Shown piece by piece: positions 62,072 to 64,000 of a DNA stretch of 64,000 nucleotides (positions within the stretch are counted from its first letter, which is position 1; every line of letters starts with the position of its first letter). The notes under the pieces are model-generated. The model was given only the letters and a program-made list of their open reading frames with translations. It was not told where the DNA came from and did no database searches. The translations under genes and the position numbers were made by a program. The DNA comes from Octopus vulgaris (lineage: Eukaryota), in contig OX597821.1 of assembly GCA_951406725.2 (NCBI GenBank), positions 98,022,001 to 98,086,000 of the forward strand, written 5' to 3'.

Positions 62072-64000
62072 CTGCAAAAATAGAAACACACAATTCAGCA
62101 GAAATAGAATCAGCGATACATGTAATTACACTCATTTATTAATGTGTATAAGCATATGTTATTTTTTTTGTTTGGTATTGTTACTGCTATTTTTTCTGCC
62201 CTATCAATCATCTACCTTTCCCAATCACATCGCATTGGTCATCCCCAACCATTCACTACAGGCACCCTTCAATCCTACCCAATCTTTACAGTTGTCACCT
62301 ACTTTTGTTCCCCTCACTAATTCCCCCATCTTTCACACCCTTATACTCTCCTCCAATCTCCACCCACTTACATTATGGGGGATCTCTATCCCCACTCACT
62401 TTTACTTATCTCACACCTTGAATTCCATCCACACACCTCATCACCACAAATTTTTTTATCTCTTTCCAGCTCCATTTAATCACTCCAACTATCTCTTCTA
62501 AAGTATGACTAGTTATGTAGCTCCCCTACAAGAAACCTCTTCTGCTCTGGTTCCTTCTCTCATACTTTAACCCTCTCATCTAGCATAAAACTGCTTCTCT
62601 TGAGGTTTGTAGTCTTGCAAGTTGTGTGGTGACCACACGTGTGTTGGTTGCATGAAAAAACTCCCAGTTCACACAGTAAAGTGATTGCTGTTAGGAAAGG
62701 TATCCAGCTATAGATGCCATGCCAACATAGACACTACAGTATGGTGCAGTCCTTGGGCCTATCAAATCCTGTCAAACCATCCAACCCGTGCCAGCATGGA
62801 ACATGGACATTAGATGTTGATGACGATATTTATGTCCTTATTTTTAGCACTAAGCTCATTCCTATTACTTGATGTATATCTATCCAATGTTTCTTTTATT
62901 TTTGGATGGGCTGGTAGAGAAGGCCAATGAAAAACTCACTATTGGTTTAGTAATGTCATTTTTACCATATGCCTTTAGAGCAAATCCAAGTGCAGTTATG
63001 TGTGCCATGGATAAGGTTAGTACTTTGTTTTGTACTGTTATTATTATTTCTTATTATTAGTAACCCTTTGAAGGTGGTGAGCTGGCAGAACTGCTAGCAC
63101 ACCAGATAAAATTCCCAGCAGCATTCCGCTTGTCTTTGCATTCTGAGCTCAAATGCTGCCTTTTCAAGGTCAATAAAATAAGTGTCAGTCAAGTACTGGG
63201 GTCAATGTAATTGACTACCCCCTCGAAAACTGCGGACTCTTCAAGAACTGTTGGCCCTGCTGACCCTTTGCCTTCTAAGTTCAAATCTTGCCCAAGTCAA
63301 TATAATCAACTTTATCTTAGCAGGCAGAGCTGCAGCATGGTTGCAGACCAATGACTGAGACTACTAAAGGAAATAAAAGTATATATGTATGAGAGTATAA
63401 AAAAGGCATGGATGTATGTTTAGTTCAAATCTTTGTGAGGTTGAAGGCAATAAATTGGCAGTGTCTTTTAAGTGTTAGACAGACTAGGTTGAGACATGTG
63501 ATCCAACTCTGAGCACTCAGAGTTCAAATTCCACTGCAGTCAATTTTGCTTTTCATCCTTTTGGGATCAATAAAAATGTACCAATATAAGAGTAGTAGAT
63601 TTATAGAACTGTTAAAGCCATCAGGTAAGATAGCTTGCAGTAATTGTTTTAAGTATGTACATTTTGATGGCATTGCCTACAACACCACTAGTTCTGAGTA
63701 TGTGACACTGTTCTGAGTATGAGCATTTTGATGGCATTGCCTACAATGACACTGGTGCCAAACTGTATTGGCCATAAAGCAACAGCCATTCCCTTGAACA
63801 GCATTGATAGCATAAAGAAAGCAGTCTTGCATGTACAGGCTACTGCCAGTCTTCTGCATATACATACAGGTGCAGACACATGGTCAAGCTTGACTATTGG
63901 AGCCTCATTCTTTGCCAAAGTTGTCTGTCTTCCATCATTCCAGGATTGATAAAGTAAATATGAGTGTACACAATCAACTGTACACTTAAAGATGGTGACT

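Overview
AT-rich, repeat-dense animal genomic DNA. The SINE, RTE and CR1 repeat complement and the microsatellites point to an octopus or other coleoid cephalopod (inference). The whole window is the interior of one minus-strand gene for a receptor-type protein tyrosine phosphatase. I traced 19 GT-AG exons by hand (2,410 nt, about 802 codons) that join in one open frame. They encode four 8-Cys MEGF/laminin-type EGF modules, one TM helix, a juxtamembrane region with a YMNV motif, a complete PTP D1 (KNRY / WSD / HCSAGSGRTG / QNIDQY) and most of a pseudophosphatase-like D2 (KNRF / WPG / VHC). The 5' end and the last D2 exons lie outside the window. The introns hold several SINE families, CR1 and RTE LINE fragments, two mariner relics, a Gypsy gag relic, two non-autonomous Helitrons, a piggyBac MITE and a long-TIR TTAA element. 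The best leads are around the TM exon: a cluster of near-perfect palindromes, an inverted SINE pair bracketing the frame-neutral TM+JM exon block, a candidate 10-nt microexon phase-matched to the TM exon, and a degenerate hammerhead-ribozyme motif. Almost all ORFs in the supplied track are microsatellite or repeat artefacts.
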